NCBI GenBank assembly: GCA_951406725.2
Contig: OX597816.1
Location: 114,452,001 to 114,516,000, forward strand
Origin: Octopus vulgaris
Lineage: Eukaryota
Reading direction: 5' to 3'
DNA: 64,000 nt
A program made the position numbers and the translations under genes. The notes under the pieces are model-generated. The model did not search any database. It had not been told where the DNA came from and was given only the letters and a program-made list of their open reading frames with translations. Positions 1 to 14,266 of this stretch are shown piece after piece; position 1 is the first letter of the stretch; each line of letters begins with the position of its first letter.

Positions 1-942
1 AACAAAAGATTTAGAAATAACACTTAGGAGAGAACATTCTTGATGTTCTTTTAAATCTTTGTGGGGAAACAAAAAAGTTACAAAACTAAACAGTAGAAAA
101 ATATAGAAAGATGAAAAGAAATCAAAATTTTAAAAGAAATTTCCTAGAAAATGGGGGTTGAGTAGAAAGAAATATTCTTATAAGATAAAGAGATTATTAG
201 CAATATAATAAGAGGGTAAGAGAAGATAAAAAGGGAAAATCAGAAACGAAGATCAAAGAAAAGCCAAAATGTAATTAAGTCATTTTTATAAGATAATTAA
301 ACGGATAGTCTACGTAAAATCACCACATTTTTACAAGTGATTTCTTTGGTAACACGAGATGTGCAAAAATTTCAAAAATGAAGAGACACTGTTCAATACA
401 AAACGGTCGAACAGCTGGACAGGCACACACACACACACAGAGTTTTAACTGTCCTACACAATTACAGTTTTATTAATGAAATTACGGCTGCATAGCCATC
501 CATATATGTCAAACGGAGTTTTGGTTATGATTAACGGACAAGGATTCTGGTGTATAGAAAAGAATTTCAATGAGGTTTAAGGGGAATTTCTCTGATGGGG
601 TGGGGTGGTAATTTTAAAGGAAATTAGCGAAAAAAAAGGAAGAAATAAATAAAAGACAGCAACAACTGAATTGTGATGTAACGTCCACATAATCTTAAAG
701 TTCTAATCAAGACATGTGAAATGAAATGGTCTCAATCGGGAACTGAAACTGGTTAGCGCTTCTTAAATTCTCGGGAGTTTACCTCTGCCCTCCTAAAATA
801 CTTTCTGTTCGATTGTAAATGAATCTGAGTTTGAACAGAACACGAGCTGAAAAGTTAACACACGCACATGTGCATTAGGAGTGTATGTATTCTATGTAGT
901 TATACATACATTGTTTAAAAGATAAAAATGATAACTACGGGC

Positions 943-947
<5 letters not shown>

Positions 948-1014
<67 letters not shown>

Positions 1015-1045
1015 ATACATACGTACATACACGTACGTATGTGTA

Positions 1046-1125
<80 letters not shown>
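948..1125. repeat. Compound (TA)n/(TG)n microsatellite
   Basis: Directly visible dinucleotide runs; source of the [12 protein letters not shown] ORFs. Confidence 0.98.
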
Positions 1126-1126
<1 letters not shown>

Positions 1127-1629
1127 TCATATATGAAGATGTATGTATAAGGAGAGAGAGAGAAAGAGTATGACAGAAGGGAGAACGAATGATACATCGT
1201 ATCCGAACCGGAGAATTTCCTGCCTTTTTGAAAACTTGAGGAAGAGGGCCTGCGAGAGAAACTTTGCAACGCCCGATAAAATTCTTCCGATGGGCCCCTT
1301 GTGTGTGTGTATGTGTGTGTGTGTGTGTGTGTGAGTATGTATGTAGGTGTGTGTGTGTGTGTGTGTGTGTGAGCGTGCGTGTGTGCTCGAAATCCTAGTT
1401 GGATAACAATGTGCATAAACACACTGAGGGCAACACACTGGTAGTAGTAAGTAACAATAAAATATTTGAAGTGTGAAGTAGCAAATTTTGTCATTGTAAT
1501 ATTAAAAAAATTTACAACTTCAGCTTCATAAGAAATGACATTTTTCCTTAAGTAAACGCACCTAAAACCAGAACTAATAGACATCGAAACAAAATCAAGG
1601 ACCTTATCATAAAAAAAAATTTACAATGG

Positions 1630-1903
<274 letters not shown>

Positions 1904-2039
1904 AGGAAAGGGAATCGAAAGAACCAAAGAAAAAATAATGAAGAACAAAAATAACAATGATTTCTTAGAAAGACTCAAGACCAAAATTTTGAGGGTTGGG
2001 AAATAGTTGATGGTATCTTTCCTTGTATTTGATTGCTAC

Positions 2040-2083
<44 letters not shown>

Positions 2084-3145
2084 AATAATGATTAATAATA
2101 ATGCTAATATTGATCATTTCCGTGTAGTTCCAAGTGTTTTTTTGTTAGGGACCGAACGAAGCTAACGAATGGTTAATAAAGTTATTTACATTCCAAAGCA
2201 TGTATGCCTGCAGAGAACATCGTCGGACAGCAAAAAAAAGGTAAAAAAAAAGAAAAAGAAGAGAATTCTTTTCTCTTATTTTTTTTGTTTTTACTCACCT
2301 TCGACGTAAAAATATACTATGATGGCAACTTTTTAAGAATGACATAAACTAAATGATTTGTTTGTTTGTTTTTGTCTTTTTTTGAAGTGAACAAGACAGA
2401 GTAGAGGAAAGAGCGACAAGCTGACAGGGAATGATGAAGAAACTATATGTGTGTGTGTGTGTGTAAGTGTGAGTGTGTGTGAGTGTATACGAACACACAC
2501 GCGCGTGTATACACACACACATTGAAGAAAAAAAAGGAAAGAAGAGGTTACATTAGTTTGATTATTCAGGGAACAAGAGCCCGGTTAGAAAACTAATGCC
2601 GACAATCCACCAACAATTAATGGTTATGGTATTCCAATTGTTGTTTCAGTGGTTTGTTTCCTTCGTAGTTAGTTGATGCCTTATTTTTGATTTGCCTTCC
2701 GTATACCTGTCCCATAAAAAAAAACAAAAAACAACTAACTGCACAAGTCCTGTGTTGCCGAAACAGAAGTCATCACACTCGGGAGAGCGTCATTCAATGC
2801 GGAAAAAAAACCGAGACACTGTACATACAAACTGCGTGCGCGTACACGTGCGCGTACACATGCGCGCACGCACGCACACACACAGACAGACACATATATA
2901 TACAGGGCGTGTGTTTTCGTTTTTAAACATAATTTACACACGGAAGATTTTCGTTGAATACACATACTATGACAACGATAGACAGATCGGTAAATAAATA
3001 GATGGACAGATACCTATATTGAAGGAAGCTTAAGCTAGGTTAGGGAAAGAGATATTGACGATGACGGATAGATAGAGAGATGCATTTCAGAATGGATAAG
3101 CATGTTGATAGACAGGCCGACTAACGACCGGATAGACATACAGAC

Positions 3146-3146
<1 letters not shown>

Positions 3147-3233
<87 letters not shown>

Positions 3234-3234
3234 T

Positions 3235-3287
<53 letters not shown>

Positions 3288-3310
3288 GTAGGTAGGTAGG
3301 TAGATAGATT
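3147..3310. repeat. (GATA)n/(GACA)n/(GGTA)n tetranucleotide array
   Basis: Direct reading. Confidence 0.98.
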
Positions 3311-3424
3311 GACAGAAGGGAAAATAGGGATGTAAAACCGGGAATTTGCCAATATTCTCTTTAATTTTAATTCAGTTTTAGATTTAACGAACACTAGCAA
3401 ATATAAAAATGCATAAACAGAAAG

Positions 3425-3467
<43 letters not shown>

Positions 3468-3914
3468 ATCGACATAAAATTACAAACAGGAACATGAAAA
3501 AAAAAACCTACCTTCAATGACCAGGGTTTTAAAAATTATTTATTATTATTACTATTACTATTATTTTCTTTATATTCTTTTTTTTTTTTATGTCTGACGG
3601 AATATGTCAACAACTTTCACCTGAAGTAGGGATCGTAAAATTGGTGTTTTTAAGAGATAGCATGGAGGCAGGTAAGAGTTAACCCCTAACCTCCCCAGAA
3701 CCTGGCGATCCCTTTCTCCGTCGCATGAGGCTAGCTGCCGATTTCTAAAGCGCTCCCGACACACCGAGAAAAACAACAGCAGCAGCAGTAGCAGAAGAAG
3801 AATACAGGTTCCAACCATTAATAGTGGTGGTAGTAGTAGTAGTAGTAGCAGGGCAGTGTTTTGGAAAATTCATGACAAACCACCTAGCATCACTACTTCT
3901 GTATGAAGGAGGGA

Positions 3915-4085
3915 GCCTCTACGCAGTTGCTCGAGCTAAGAAATCTCCTTAAAATTTATACGCTACAGTCTTAAGTGAAGAAAGGACACGAGATAAAACT
4001 AGCTAAAAAGACAGGATGATCATGGCTGGAGTGTCTTCGATCATCGGCCGGTTCAATCATAGCTGACGTAGGACAAACAACAACT
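3915..4085 (+). mobile_element. Old interspersed repeat with (AAC)n tail; further copies near 13720-14020(-), 32715-32810(+), 37830-37990(-), 39585-39765(+), 41170-41350(-)
   Basis: Shared motifs cctctac...gctagaaatagcagccaaatctccctcaaatcacac and ggatggtcatggctgga...aaacaacaac recur in degenerate form. Confidence 0.7.
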
Positions 4086-4256
4086 TTCATGTGCATGTAT
4101 GCCATTAGATACACATATACAGGAGACATTTTACACAAACATACAACTGTACAAGTAAGCATATGATTTGGCTGTTTTCAGAGAATATATGCATGTTTAT
4201 ATAGTGTAACTAACGCTCCTGCCACACAAACACATTTATAGACCTTCGTATACGAA

Positions 4257-4622
4257 TGCATGTATGTATGTATGTATGTATGTATGTATGTATGTATGTA
4301 TGTATGTATGTATGTGTGTATGTATGTATGTATGTATGTATGTGTGTGTGTATGTATGTATGTATGTATGTATGTATGTATGTATGTATGTATGTATGCG
4401 TGTATGTATGTATGTATGTATGTATGCGTGTATGTATGTATGTGCTCGTGAGTGTATGTGTATGTATGTATGTATGTATGTATGTATGTATGTATGCATG
4501 TATGTATGAATGTATGTATGCATGCATGTATGTATGTATGTGCTCGTGAGTGTATGTATGTATGTATGTATGTATGTATGTACGTATGTATGCATGTGCT
4601 CGTCTATGTGTGTGTATGTGTG
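4257..4622. repeat. (TATG)n array with a twice-repeated tgtgctcgtgagtg interruption
   Basis: Direct reading. Confidence 0.98.
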
Positions 4623-6616
4623 TGAAAGAGAGCATGTACCACAAACCGTTTTACTTATTAAGAGATGAGAGAAACAATTCCGAGTGCCAGTTAACTTTGA
4701 GGGAGTGACAAGAAACAAAAATATAAATATAAATAAAAAATAAAATAAACCAAAATAAAATTATATAATGAATAAAAAAAAAATTGCCGAAAGTATTTGG
4801 TTTAAAATTAATCCCGTTATTTAACAGCTATTTCTTCAAATGGTTACTTTCTTTAAGCTGTAAATAATGTGTTTACATGCGCGTGAAATAATATTGCATT
4901 TCACTCGCTACACGTGCAAATAACTGATGACTAATTTAAGCGCACTTCGTGATGTATCGTCAAATTTTCATTTCGATATATATATATATATGTATTTGTA
5001 ATAGGTTAATATATATAATTTCAACCAATAATATATATTTAAAAAAAAAACCCTCTCTGCAGTGTTCCCCTCCATACACACAAATACGCACACACACACG
5101 CACACGTACAAACACACACACACGCACCTTAGATCGAGTTAATGTAAAATATAGAAGATTGCTACACATGCATACACGCATATTGTGCGAGTCAACAATG
5201 GATGTTTCTTGAGAGGTTTGTCAGAAGTAGCAGCTAAATCTGCCTCGAACAACAACAACAACAATAAAAAAAAAAGGAAGGACACTTGAGATATTAAAGT
5301 GGGGAGCGGGAAGAAAGCACGGGATGATAACAACAGGGGAACGTTTTCGTAGTTCTTGTCAGACTTGATTTGATTCTGAACAACAGCGTTATTTACAGCG
5401 TGTGCGTGTGTTCGCGCCCGTAACGTGTGTGTGCGTGTGTTCGCGCTCGTAATGGTCTGTTAACATTTTTCATTTGCAACAAATTAAAAACTATGCTGTG
5501 TATCGGAATAACAACAATTTAAAGTCATTCTTAAGTATAATTAAGGCCGCCAATAGGAAGGGAAAATTACCTTAACGCCTCATAATGCATAGTTAAGAAG
5601 AAGAAATTCTTTAAAACCTTGTATCGTTACCGGATCCTCTCATACCAATGAACAACGAAACAAGAAAGCAAAAGTAGAAAAGAATGGTAAATGCACACGC
5701 GCGTGCACACATGCACACACACACACACACATGCGTTGTGGGAATGGTAATAAATAATAAAGGAATTGATCGCAGTAAGGTAACTAATTCGAAGGTAAAA
5801 GGCAAACGACAGTTACAGACAGACCCAATTTGAAGGGATGGTGCTGTTTCCATCATCATCTGGAACCGTTTTCGTCCTGAAAGTCTATGGAAAAAAAGTT
5901 ATATCAGACTATATAAGTTCAGAAACTTTAGTGATAGTGATGAGTGGTGTTAGACTATTTGCAGATTGTATTAAATGATGGGGCTTCGATTCCTGGCTGG
6001 TCACTGCACTAACTTGGTCTTCCTACCCATGAAGTGACCCGTCTTCGATATGCTTTCTTAGAGGAAATCAAACATGTGAATTCACTTCATACCAAAATGA
6101 TCAAAACTATTTTATTTTAGCTATCATCAAATCATCCTGTCATTTTTTTTCCAGCCTAGCCTTTATTTCTTTATTTTCTTCCAAAAACAGTAAAAGGTGT
6201 GATTTGTAGAAGATTTCCTTACTATTTCTTGCACACCAATTGACCACATAGGGATTCGCTCGTACCACAGAAACTGTTGTTGATGTAGAGCTATGTTTTG
6301 TTCTGTAGATTTTGTTGCTGCAATTGACAATACAGAAATAAATGCCTGGAAGGTTCAGCTTCTTACACAGGTGTGAAAAATGAGTTATCAAGGTTTCAAC
6401 ACACAATCTAAAACGAGCCAGGTGAATAATAAACTATGAAAAGTACGGGCGCCACAAAATCCTGTTTCTCATCCTTGTTGATGACAAAAGTAGTGAAAAC
6501 GAGCGAAGTTGCTCCGATAGCTATGAGCCACAGCCGATACAGTTTCGATTCTTTGTAGTGCTACTGAGAAACACACGGGACGCATAATTGCACACACACA
6601 CACGTATATATATATC

Positions 6617-6684
<68 letters not shown>

Positions 6685-7025
6685 TACATACGTTCATTCA
6701 TACATACATTTACAAGCACTGAGTCTTTTTGTTTTTGTAATTAAGTACAAAACTGATTACATTTAAAAATGTATTTTTATAATGTTATTAGTCGACTTCG
6801 TAATGATTTCTTGTAGTTTGTGTAAACTAATTTAAGTGTATACAATTTTTGAAATTTAAAATCAATCTTTCTCATGATATTCGTGTATGTATGTGCGTGT
6901 GTGTACACATTTATAAAGTATGTATATGATACAGTAAATATTTATATATATATACTATAATGTATGTGTGTATCAGAGTGTACGTACATATGTATTTACA
7001 TTTACAAAGTACGCCCGCATAATGT

Positions 7026-7057
<32 letters not shown>

Positions 7058-7240
7058 CAAGCACACATTCTAATATACGTATTCATGTATGTTTGCTTTT
7101 ATGTCGTGTTATAAAAACAATTTAATATTATTCAATGCTTCATTATACTTTTACTGTCTTGAAAAAGTATAAAACACACATATACATTATATATTACTTT
7201 CAAAATACGTATATATGTCAGTGTGTACACACACACACAC

Positions 7241-7271
<31 letters not shown>

Positions 7272-7283
7272 TATACATATATA

Positions 7284-7321
<38 letters not shown>

Positions 7322-7375
7322 CTTTTATGATATGTATGTGTAGTGTGTGTGTGAATGTTTTATATATATATATAT

Positions 7376-7747
7376 CGTCGCCGTGGCACTCCGTCGGTTA
7401 CGACGACTAAGGTTCCAGATGATCCGATCACCGGAACAGCCTGCTCGTGAAATTAACGTACAAGAGACTGAGCACTCCACAAACACGTGTACCCCTAACG
7501 CAGTTCTGGGGGGAGATTCAGTGTGACAAGGCTGGCCCTTTGAAATACAGGTACAACAGAAACAGGAAGAAAGAGTTAGAGAAAGTTGTGGTGAAAGAAA
7601 GAGTACAGCGGGGTTCGCCACGAGCTCCTGCCGGATCCTCGTGGGGCTTTAGGTGTTTTCACTCGATAAACACTCACAACGCCCGGTCTGGGAATCGAAA
7701 TCGCGATCCCGAGTCCGCTGCCCTAACCACTGGGCCATTGCGCATCC
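7376..7747 (-). mobile_element. tRNA-derived SINE, OR1-like
   Basis: Minus strand starts ggatgcgcaatggcccagtggttagggcagcggactc...tttcgattcccagacc (pol III A/B boxes); same family as 35829-36170; sits between (TA)n tracts. Confidence 0.9.
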
Positions 7748-7756
7748 ACTATACAT

Positions 7757-7805
<49 letters not shown>

Positions 7806-7892
7806 TACACACATGTATGTATAATGCAAATTTATAAAAACTTATAGAATATATATATAATGTATATGTATTACACACACACATATAAAGTG

Positions 7893-7939
<47 letters not shown>

Positions 7940-8357
7940 ATTATATAATTGTAGTTGACGATCTGTTTATTGCTGATTTTGCAGTTTTTATAATCTATTA
8001 ATGTGCGATAAAAATCAAGACAAAACGAAAAAAAAGAAAGGAAAATATTTGATTAAAACAACAACAAAAGTGCGTATTTTTTGATAAACATCCTCTACCT
8101 CTTCGAGAACACAAAAATAAAACTATATATCATAGCCAAAATTTTTCCTCAGAAACATATTGGGGAAAAAAGTTCAGTTTGAAGAAACTATTAGCAAAGT
8201 TTTATTATCTTTTTAACATGTTATAATAATCAGACTGCGTCAGGAGAGATAATAGGTGGCGATTAAAAGGGAAGGTGTGAGAGAAGTTGATAAATATTCT
8301 TACTGGTGATAACGTGATCAATTAGAAATAACAGTTTTGCAGAGACAACAATAATAA

Positions 8358-9038
8358 TCTTTTCTGCAATAGGCACAAGGCCTGAAATTTTGTGGGAGGG
8401 GACCAATCAATTCGATCGACCCCAGTACGCAACTGGTACTTAATTTACCGACCCAGAAAGAATGAAAGGCAAAGTTGACTTCGGCGGAATTTGAACTCAG
8501 AACGTAAAGACGGGCAAAATACCGCAAAGCATTTCGTCCAGCGTGCTACCGATTCTGCCGTCTCGCCTCCTTAAGAATAATAATGATCTTTTCAATTATA
8601 GGCACAAGGGCTGAAATTTAGGGGAGGGGATAGTCGATTACATTACATCAACCCCAGTGCTTGACTGGTACTTATTTTATCGACCCCAAAAGGATGAAAG
8701 GCAAATTCGACTCCAGCGGAATTTGAACTCAGAACGTAAGGACTGGCGAAATGCCGATAAGCATTTTGCCCGGCGCGCTAACGATTCTGCCAGCTTACCG
8801 CCTTAATAATAATCATGATGGGGGTTTCGAATTTTGGCGCAAGGCTAGCAATTTCGGGTGCAGGGATAAGTCGATAACATCCACCTCTAGTATTCAGCTG
8901 GTACTTATTTTATCGACTCCGAAAGGATGAAAGACAAAGTCGACCTCGGCGAAATTTGAACTCAGAACGTAAAAACAGACGAAAGACAGCTAACCATTCT
9001 GCCCCGGTGTGCCAAAGAGTCTGCCAGCTCGCCGCCTT
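8358..9038 (-). mobile_element. Three head-to-tail copies of a ~215-bp tRNA-derived SINE (core gccgaggtcgactttgcctttcatcctttcggggtcgataaa; Meta/Sauria-core-like)
   Basis: Units about 8358-8572, 8586-8804 and 8823-9038, separated by (AAT)n. Confidence 0.92.
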
Positions 9039-9454
9039 TACAACAACATAAATAATCTAACTTCCCGATATTAATTCAATCTCCTACGTGTGTGTGTGTG
9101 CACAAATTTCATAACCATTATTATGTAACTCGCCAATTTCATTCAGTCTTGTAAACATTCCAGCATTATTCTATACCTGCATGCTATATATCGTTATTCA
9201 CCTAGACAGACTGACTAGCCTTAGACCTCGGGTCTAATTAAAAATAAATATGTAAAAAAAAAAATTCGCCAACATGAGTAATGTTTTAGTTATGAAATAT
9301 TACTTAACCTTTTGAGCATGATATATTTCTTGCTATCTTTCTATATCATATTACAAGGCGGTAGTCCATGGAAGGAGATAATGGGCTCTAATCAATTATT
9401 TCAACCATTCAAAATTTTTTTTTATTAATAATGAATAAATAAATAAATTGCTGT

Positions 9455-10680
9455 TCCTTGGCCGAAATCATTCAGCGTTTTGCGATACCTAATTTCTTTA
9501 CAATCTGGGTTCAAATGTCGCCGAAATCAACTTTGATTTTCATCCTTCGGGGGTCGATAAAATAAACCATCAGTCAAGTTACTGGAGTCGAAATAATCAA
9601 TATAATCTTCCCCAAATGCCTGACCTTATGGCCATACTAGAAAGTATTATTGTCATTATTATCAGTATCATGCGCGAGCTGGTAGAATTGTTAGCGCACC
9701 GGACAAAATGGTAAGTAGCATTTCGTCCGGCTTTATGTTGACACAACCTGTCATCCTTTGGAGGTCGATGAAATAAGTACAAGTGAAGTAAGTACTGAAC
9801 TCAATGTAATCGACTAAGCTTCCCCCTTAAGAACTATTAGCTTTGTGCCAAAATATGAAGCCATTCTTTTTAAGGGAGCGAGCTGGCAGAATCGTTAACA
9901 TGCCGGACAAAAAGCTTAGCGGCATTTCGTCCGTCTTTACGTTCAGAGCTCAAATTCAGCCATCCTTTCGGGGTCGATTAAAAAAGTACCAGTTACGCAC
10001 TGGGGTCGATGAAATCGACTAGACCTCACCCCAGATTTCAGGCCTTGTGCCTATAGTAGAAAGGATTATTATCATTATTATTATTAATATTATTAAATAA
10101 GGTGGTTAGATGGCAGAATCGTTAGCATGCCGGAGAAAATGCTTAGCAGCATTTCGTCCGTATTTACGTTTCACGTTCAAATTCCACCGAGGTCGACTTT
10201 GTCTTTCACTCTTTCGGGATCGATAAATAAAGTACCAGTGAAACACTGGGGTTGATGTAATCGTCTGGTCCCCTGCTCCCAACCCAAATTTCTGGCCTTG
10301 TGCCTTTAGTAGAAAAGATTATTATTATTATTTTGGTCGATAAATTAGGTGAAACACTGGGATCGATGTACTCGACTAGGCCCCCCCCCTCTCCTAAATT
10401 CCAGGTCTTGTGCCTATAGTAGAAAGGATTATTATTATTATCATTATTATTATTATCAAATAAAGCGGTGAGCTGGCAAAATCGTTAGCATGCCGGACCA
10501 AAATGCTTAGCGGCATTTCATCTGTCTTTATGTTCTGAGTTCAAATTCCGCCGAGTTTAACTTTGCCTTTAATCCTTCCAGGATCGATAAATCAAGTACC
10601 AGTTGCATACTGGGATTGATGTGATCGATTTAATCCCTTTCCCCAAATCTGAGGTCTTGTGCTTCCAGCAGAAAGGATTA
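9455..10680 (+). mobile_element. Array of about six head-to-tail copies (some partial) of the same SINE
   Basis: Units near 9455, 9672, 9871, 10099, 10334 (partial) and 10463, most ending in (ATT)n. Confidence 0.9.
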
Positions 10681-11213
10681 TTAGTATTAGTAGTAGTAGT
10701 TAATCGCAGAATAAATACAGAAAATAACGATTTAAAATACAAGTTGAAATGTACAGTTTATTAACCAGTCCGTTTTCCTTATTACTACACACACACACAC
10801 ACACACACATAAACACACACCACATCGGTACATGTCGATGTGCAAGAATTGTTTTGCATTTAAGAAAGTGCTCAATATATGTCTTAGATTTTACTTACTT
10901 ATAAACTTCAAATATCGAGGTTGATAAATTTAGGTGCGACTTTTATAACTCGCTTGCAAATTTATAAACTTTCATCAAGGAGATAAATAATTAATTATAC
11001 ATTTAGTGTATTCTGAATTTAAATATCGCCGAGGTCGAGTTCACCTTTCATCTTTAGAATAAATATACGCCAAGTACTGAAGTCAATTTGATCGACTACA
11101 CAATTTTCCTCTAATTTTGTGACTTTGTACCACTGTTAATGGTGTATAATTTACTAGTTGATGTCAATACTACACACGCGCGCACGGTTTTTCGAAATGA
11201 TGCTCATTTGATG

Positions 11214-11475
11214 TAGAATTTCCCAACCATTTTTTTTTTATCTATGGATCCCTTTGATTCCTATTTTATTCAGGTGCACCCTCATAGCCATTTGCATTTT
11301 AAAAAAATCCTATAATATTTTTATAATTAAAAATCATTGGGAATTGTATAAAAAATAATTAAAATATTTTATGTATTGTTGAAGTATAACCACTTGATTG
11401 CACATGAACTTTAACGACAAAGTCTAATATGGACGCCCTCCCCAGGCTATAAGGGTCCCTAGTTGAGAACAACCG
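11214..11475. mobile_element. Degenerate hAT-like MITE
   Basis: Ends tagaatttcccaacc ... agttgagaacaaccg resemble the cagtggttctcaacc-type TIR of Charlie-like hAT elements; AT-rich interior; TSD not clear. Confidence 0.45.
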
Positions 11476-11721
11476 ACCAATTAGATAGACGAAGTTCTTG
11501 TTATCAAAATTGAAGATCGCTGCAAACGGTAAAGCCTCAGACATTAGCCGACTTACAACACAACCAGGTAAAATGATGATAATGACGATGATGATTTCCT
11601 TATTTGCCACCAGGGCGATGGGTGAAGGGTATAAAAGAAGACAAAACGTGGTGATTTACACAGAATGATAAAGAAAAGAAAAGCAGAAGGAAATGTAAGT
11701 ATGCATGGTACATGATATTAG

Positions 11722-11853
11722 TTTCAAATGTTGCTACAAGGCCAGCAATTTCGTGGGCGGAGCTAAGTCGATTACATCGATCCCAGTGTTCAACTGGTAT
11801 TTATTTTATCGATTCCGAAAAGTTTAAGAGCGAGTTGACCTCTCGACGGAATT
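11722..11853 (-). mobile_element. Partial SINE (3' half) abutting the L1/Tx1 fragment
   Basis: Matches the 8823-9038 unit. Confidence 0.8.
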
Positions 11854-11857
11854 TCTA

Positions 11858-12350
11858 GTAGCCGTAGAAAGAAGTGCTTCACGAACGGCGCCTACGCCCG
11901 TTGACCATCTAAGAATCTTTGCAGGTAGCGCAACGTCAACACGTGTCTGGGTATCAGCAGCTATGGCATGTCTAAGTTGCCATATAAAGGGTGCTGGCAG
12001 TATATGGACAATCTGACCAGCGGAAGGCATCTCTTTCATAAGAAATTAAATAATAAAAGCTCCAATCTGGCAAAGCAGTGGCCGAGATAAGGCACGACGG
12101 TCAGGCGGTAAACAATAACAAAAGTAATGTATGTATTTGTCACCCCTGTCCACTCTTTCAGGAACTGTTTCTCCTCGGCTCATTCCTGGGTAAGACCGGC
12201 CACCGTGTTCGTTATTTCATCCCAGTTCGTCTACCTGGGGACACCAAGCAGTGTAACATGCCCGTCGGTTCAACGTTCCACAAAGCTGTTCGACCGCATG
12301 GTCTTTCTTCTCCCGTAACAGCTGTTTCCTTGAATGTAAATATCATTGGA
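11858..12350 (-). mobile_element. Decayed L1/Tx1-clade non-LTR retrotransposon ORF2 fragment (region after RT)
   Basis: One frame reads FVER*TDGHVTLLGVPR*TNWDEITNTVAGLTQE*AEEKQFLKEWTGVTNTYITFVIVYRLTVVPYLGHCFARLELLLFNFL*KRCLPLVRLSIYCQHPLYGNLDMP*LLIPRHVLTLRYLQRFLDGQRA*APFV. This follows the L1/Tx1 pattern LGV..NW..W..LSLKGR..N..Y..FLW..P..GGLG.P. Confidence 0.85.
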
Positions 12351-12579
12351 AGCGATTGCAGGAGAATCTCGTAAAACTCAATACGAAGTATGTTAGAGAC
12401 TCCTGTAATGCTGAATGAAAAACACTTGCGGATCCCTCGCTGAATGTCGGTTGTTCCTCAATGAAAAATAAATTTATAAAAGAAATGCTCGGACCCTGGG
12501 AAAAAATTCATCCATATCAGAGGTCCAAAGAGATATTACCAAAAGAAATCAGAAATCTTGGGAACATTTCCTGCAATAC

Positions 12580-13340
12580 ATTCTTTTGGCTCGTAGCTTC
12601 CTATCTAAATGTACCATTGCAACATATGTTGATGAAGCGCCTTCTGTTTCACGTTCAATTAACTCAGGTGTTCATCAGCTTTGCTTTATCCACCATTTAC
12701 TTCCTTTCATACGTCAATGAGCTATTTGCTGTCACATCCAACAACGCCCACTCTTATGCACGTGACTCCCTAACTTCTCCCAACCATGAATCATTCACAT
12801 GCAACCAAGATACCTCATACTAAACTTGCATTGAATCCATAAACAGAAGCCTTGAGAACATCCTTCAGTGGAGCTATGCCAACTCTACTTCTTTTAGCAT
12901 CAAAAAACCCAAACACAACTCATAGCAAGAAAACATCACCACATCCCAACTAAACATGAGCCAACTCACACAGATTCCAGATGCAGTCAGCGAGGATCTT
13001 TGTCGGCGAACGTACATCTTTAGCATAGATAGGTTTTCTCTTCAGAACCAGAAAATACTTCGGCCCCACAATTGCTCACACTCTACAAGATTCAAGTGAG
13101 ACCCACGATGGTGTAACTGCATTCACATCTGGCACAATGCTTCTGCTCACACGGCTATCCTGGACGACCGTAACTAGAGAAGGACCACTCAACCAACTGA
13201 TACCCAAACAATAACGAACACGTTCCAGTCTCTGATCTACAGGTGTGCTGTCTTGGAACTGGCTGGTCTTGTACCTCCACCCTCAGGCACCCCGAGCCAC
13301 TCGTTTTCCACCTCACCACTCTTGGTGAGTCATCCCCCAC
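12580..13340 (+). mobile_element. Decayed non-LTR retrotransposon RT and C-terminal region (CR1/L2/Jockey group)
   Basis: Across frameshifts: RSFLSKCTIATYVDEAPSVSRSINSGVHQ / ALSTIYFLSYVNEL..NNAHSYARDS (GVPQGSVLSP.LF..YINDL, and YADD at 12755-12766) / SINRSLENILQWSYAN / LLTLYKIQVRPTM / ELAGLVPPP. Confidence 0.88.
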
Positions 13341-14266
13341 CCCACTCGTTTCGAGGAATTTAACAGCAATCAGAAATTCCAAAGTAATACAGAAGAAAAT
13401 GAATAATAAACCATACACGTTGTTTTATAACTTCGGTTTATTTGTATGTTTTCAAATAAAACGGAACTAATAGACCAACTGTTTTGTTTTTGTTTTTGTT
13501 TTTGAACGTGTCAAATCTCTTGATTTACATACAGGTGTGCGTGTGTGTGATGTGTAGGCATGTATAGATCTTATAAATTTGTGTGTGGGCGCGTAGGTTT
13601 GCACACACCTGAAAAAGTGTAACATGCAACACCAGGTGACTGAAACTTAGGATTTCGGGAATGTCTTACTCATCTTACATGTAAAACAGTGGACTATATT
13701 GTCGGTTGTGTTCTTCCTTCCATTTTTTATGACAGCTGGAGTGGTTTGATGGAGATTTGGCAGCTATTTCTAGTATGTCGAGTAACAAAATAGAGGTTCC
13801 CTTGTTGACGGAAAAGAAACATTTTCTGAATGTGTTACAGTTGTCGCTTTGTCCTAAGTAAGCTCTGATCGGACAGACTTTACCAGTTAACCTTTTCGGT
13901 TACAGAGTATCTACAAGTATATTACCATATGCGTTCTTTTTAATAAGACCGGGTGTGATTTAAGAAAGATTTGGCTGCCATATCTAGCAGGTCGATCGAT
14001 TAGAAAAAGGGCTTCTGGCTCGTTACGGTAGCAAATTTGCAGACACTCTTGAACAGCTGATTTTATTCGGAGTAGTCTTTGTCTACCTCCAGTCAGCGCC
14101 AACACCACCACCACCACTACCACTACTATACAGCTGTGGCTAGCCCGCTTCTGTTTTGAACGTATTTATTTCTGTAGCAGTTTACTCAAAAATTTTGATA
14201 ACATTATCCGGAGTTGTTGTTTTTTTTGTAATAAACGTGATTTTCATTAATTTTAAATAAAGAGAA

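Noticed and set aside
892-1584. 230-aa ORF and the many [16 protein letters not shown] ORFs (4210-4718, 36204-37079, 45305-46674 and others)
   Set aside because: Translations of microsatellites that lack stop codons.
6296-6342. Possible pre-miRNA hairpin
   Set aside because: AT-rich, bulged pairing and no recognisable mature miRNA.
6140-6407. 88-aa minus-strand ORF with a ttttag acceptor
   Set aside because: No recognisable motif; conflicts with an equally weak plus-strand exon; cannot be supported.
8358-10680. CRISPR-like or satellite array
   Set aside because: Eukaryotic context; units are ~215-bp SINEs also dispersed elsewhere, with no unique spacers.
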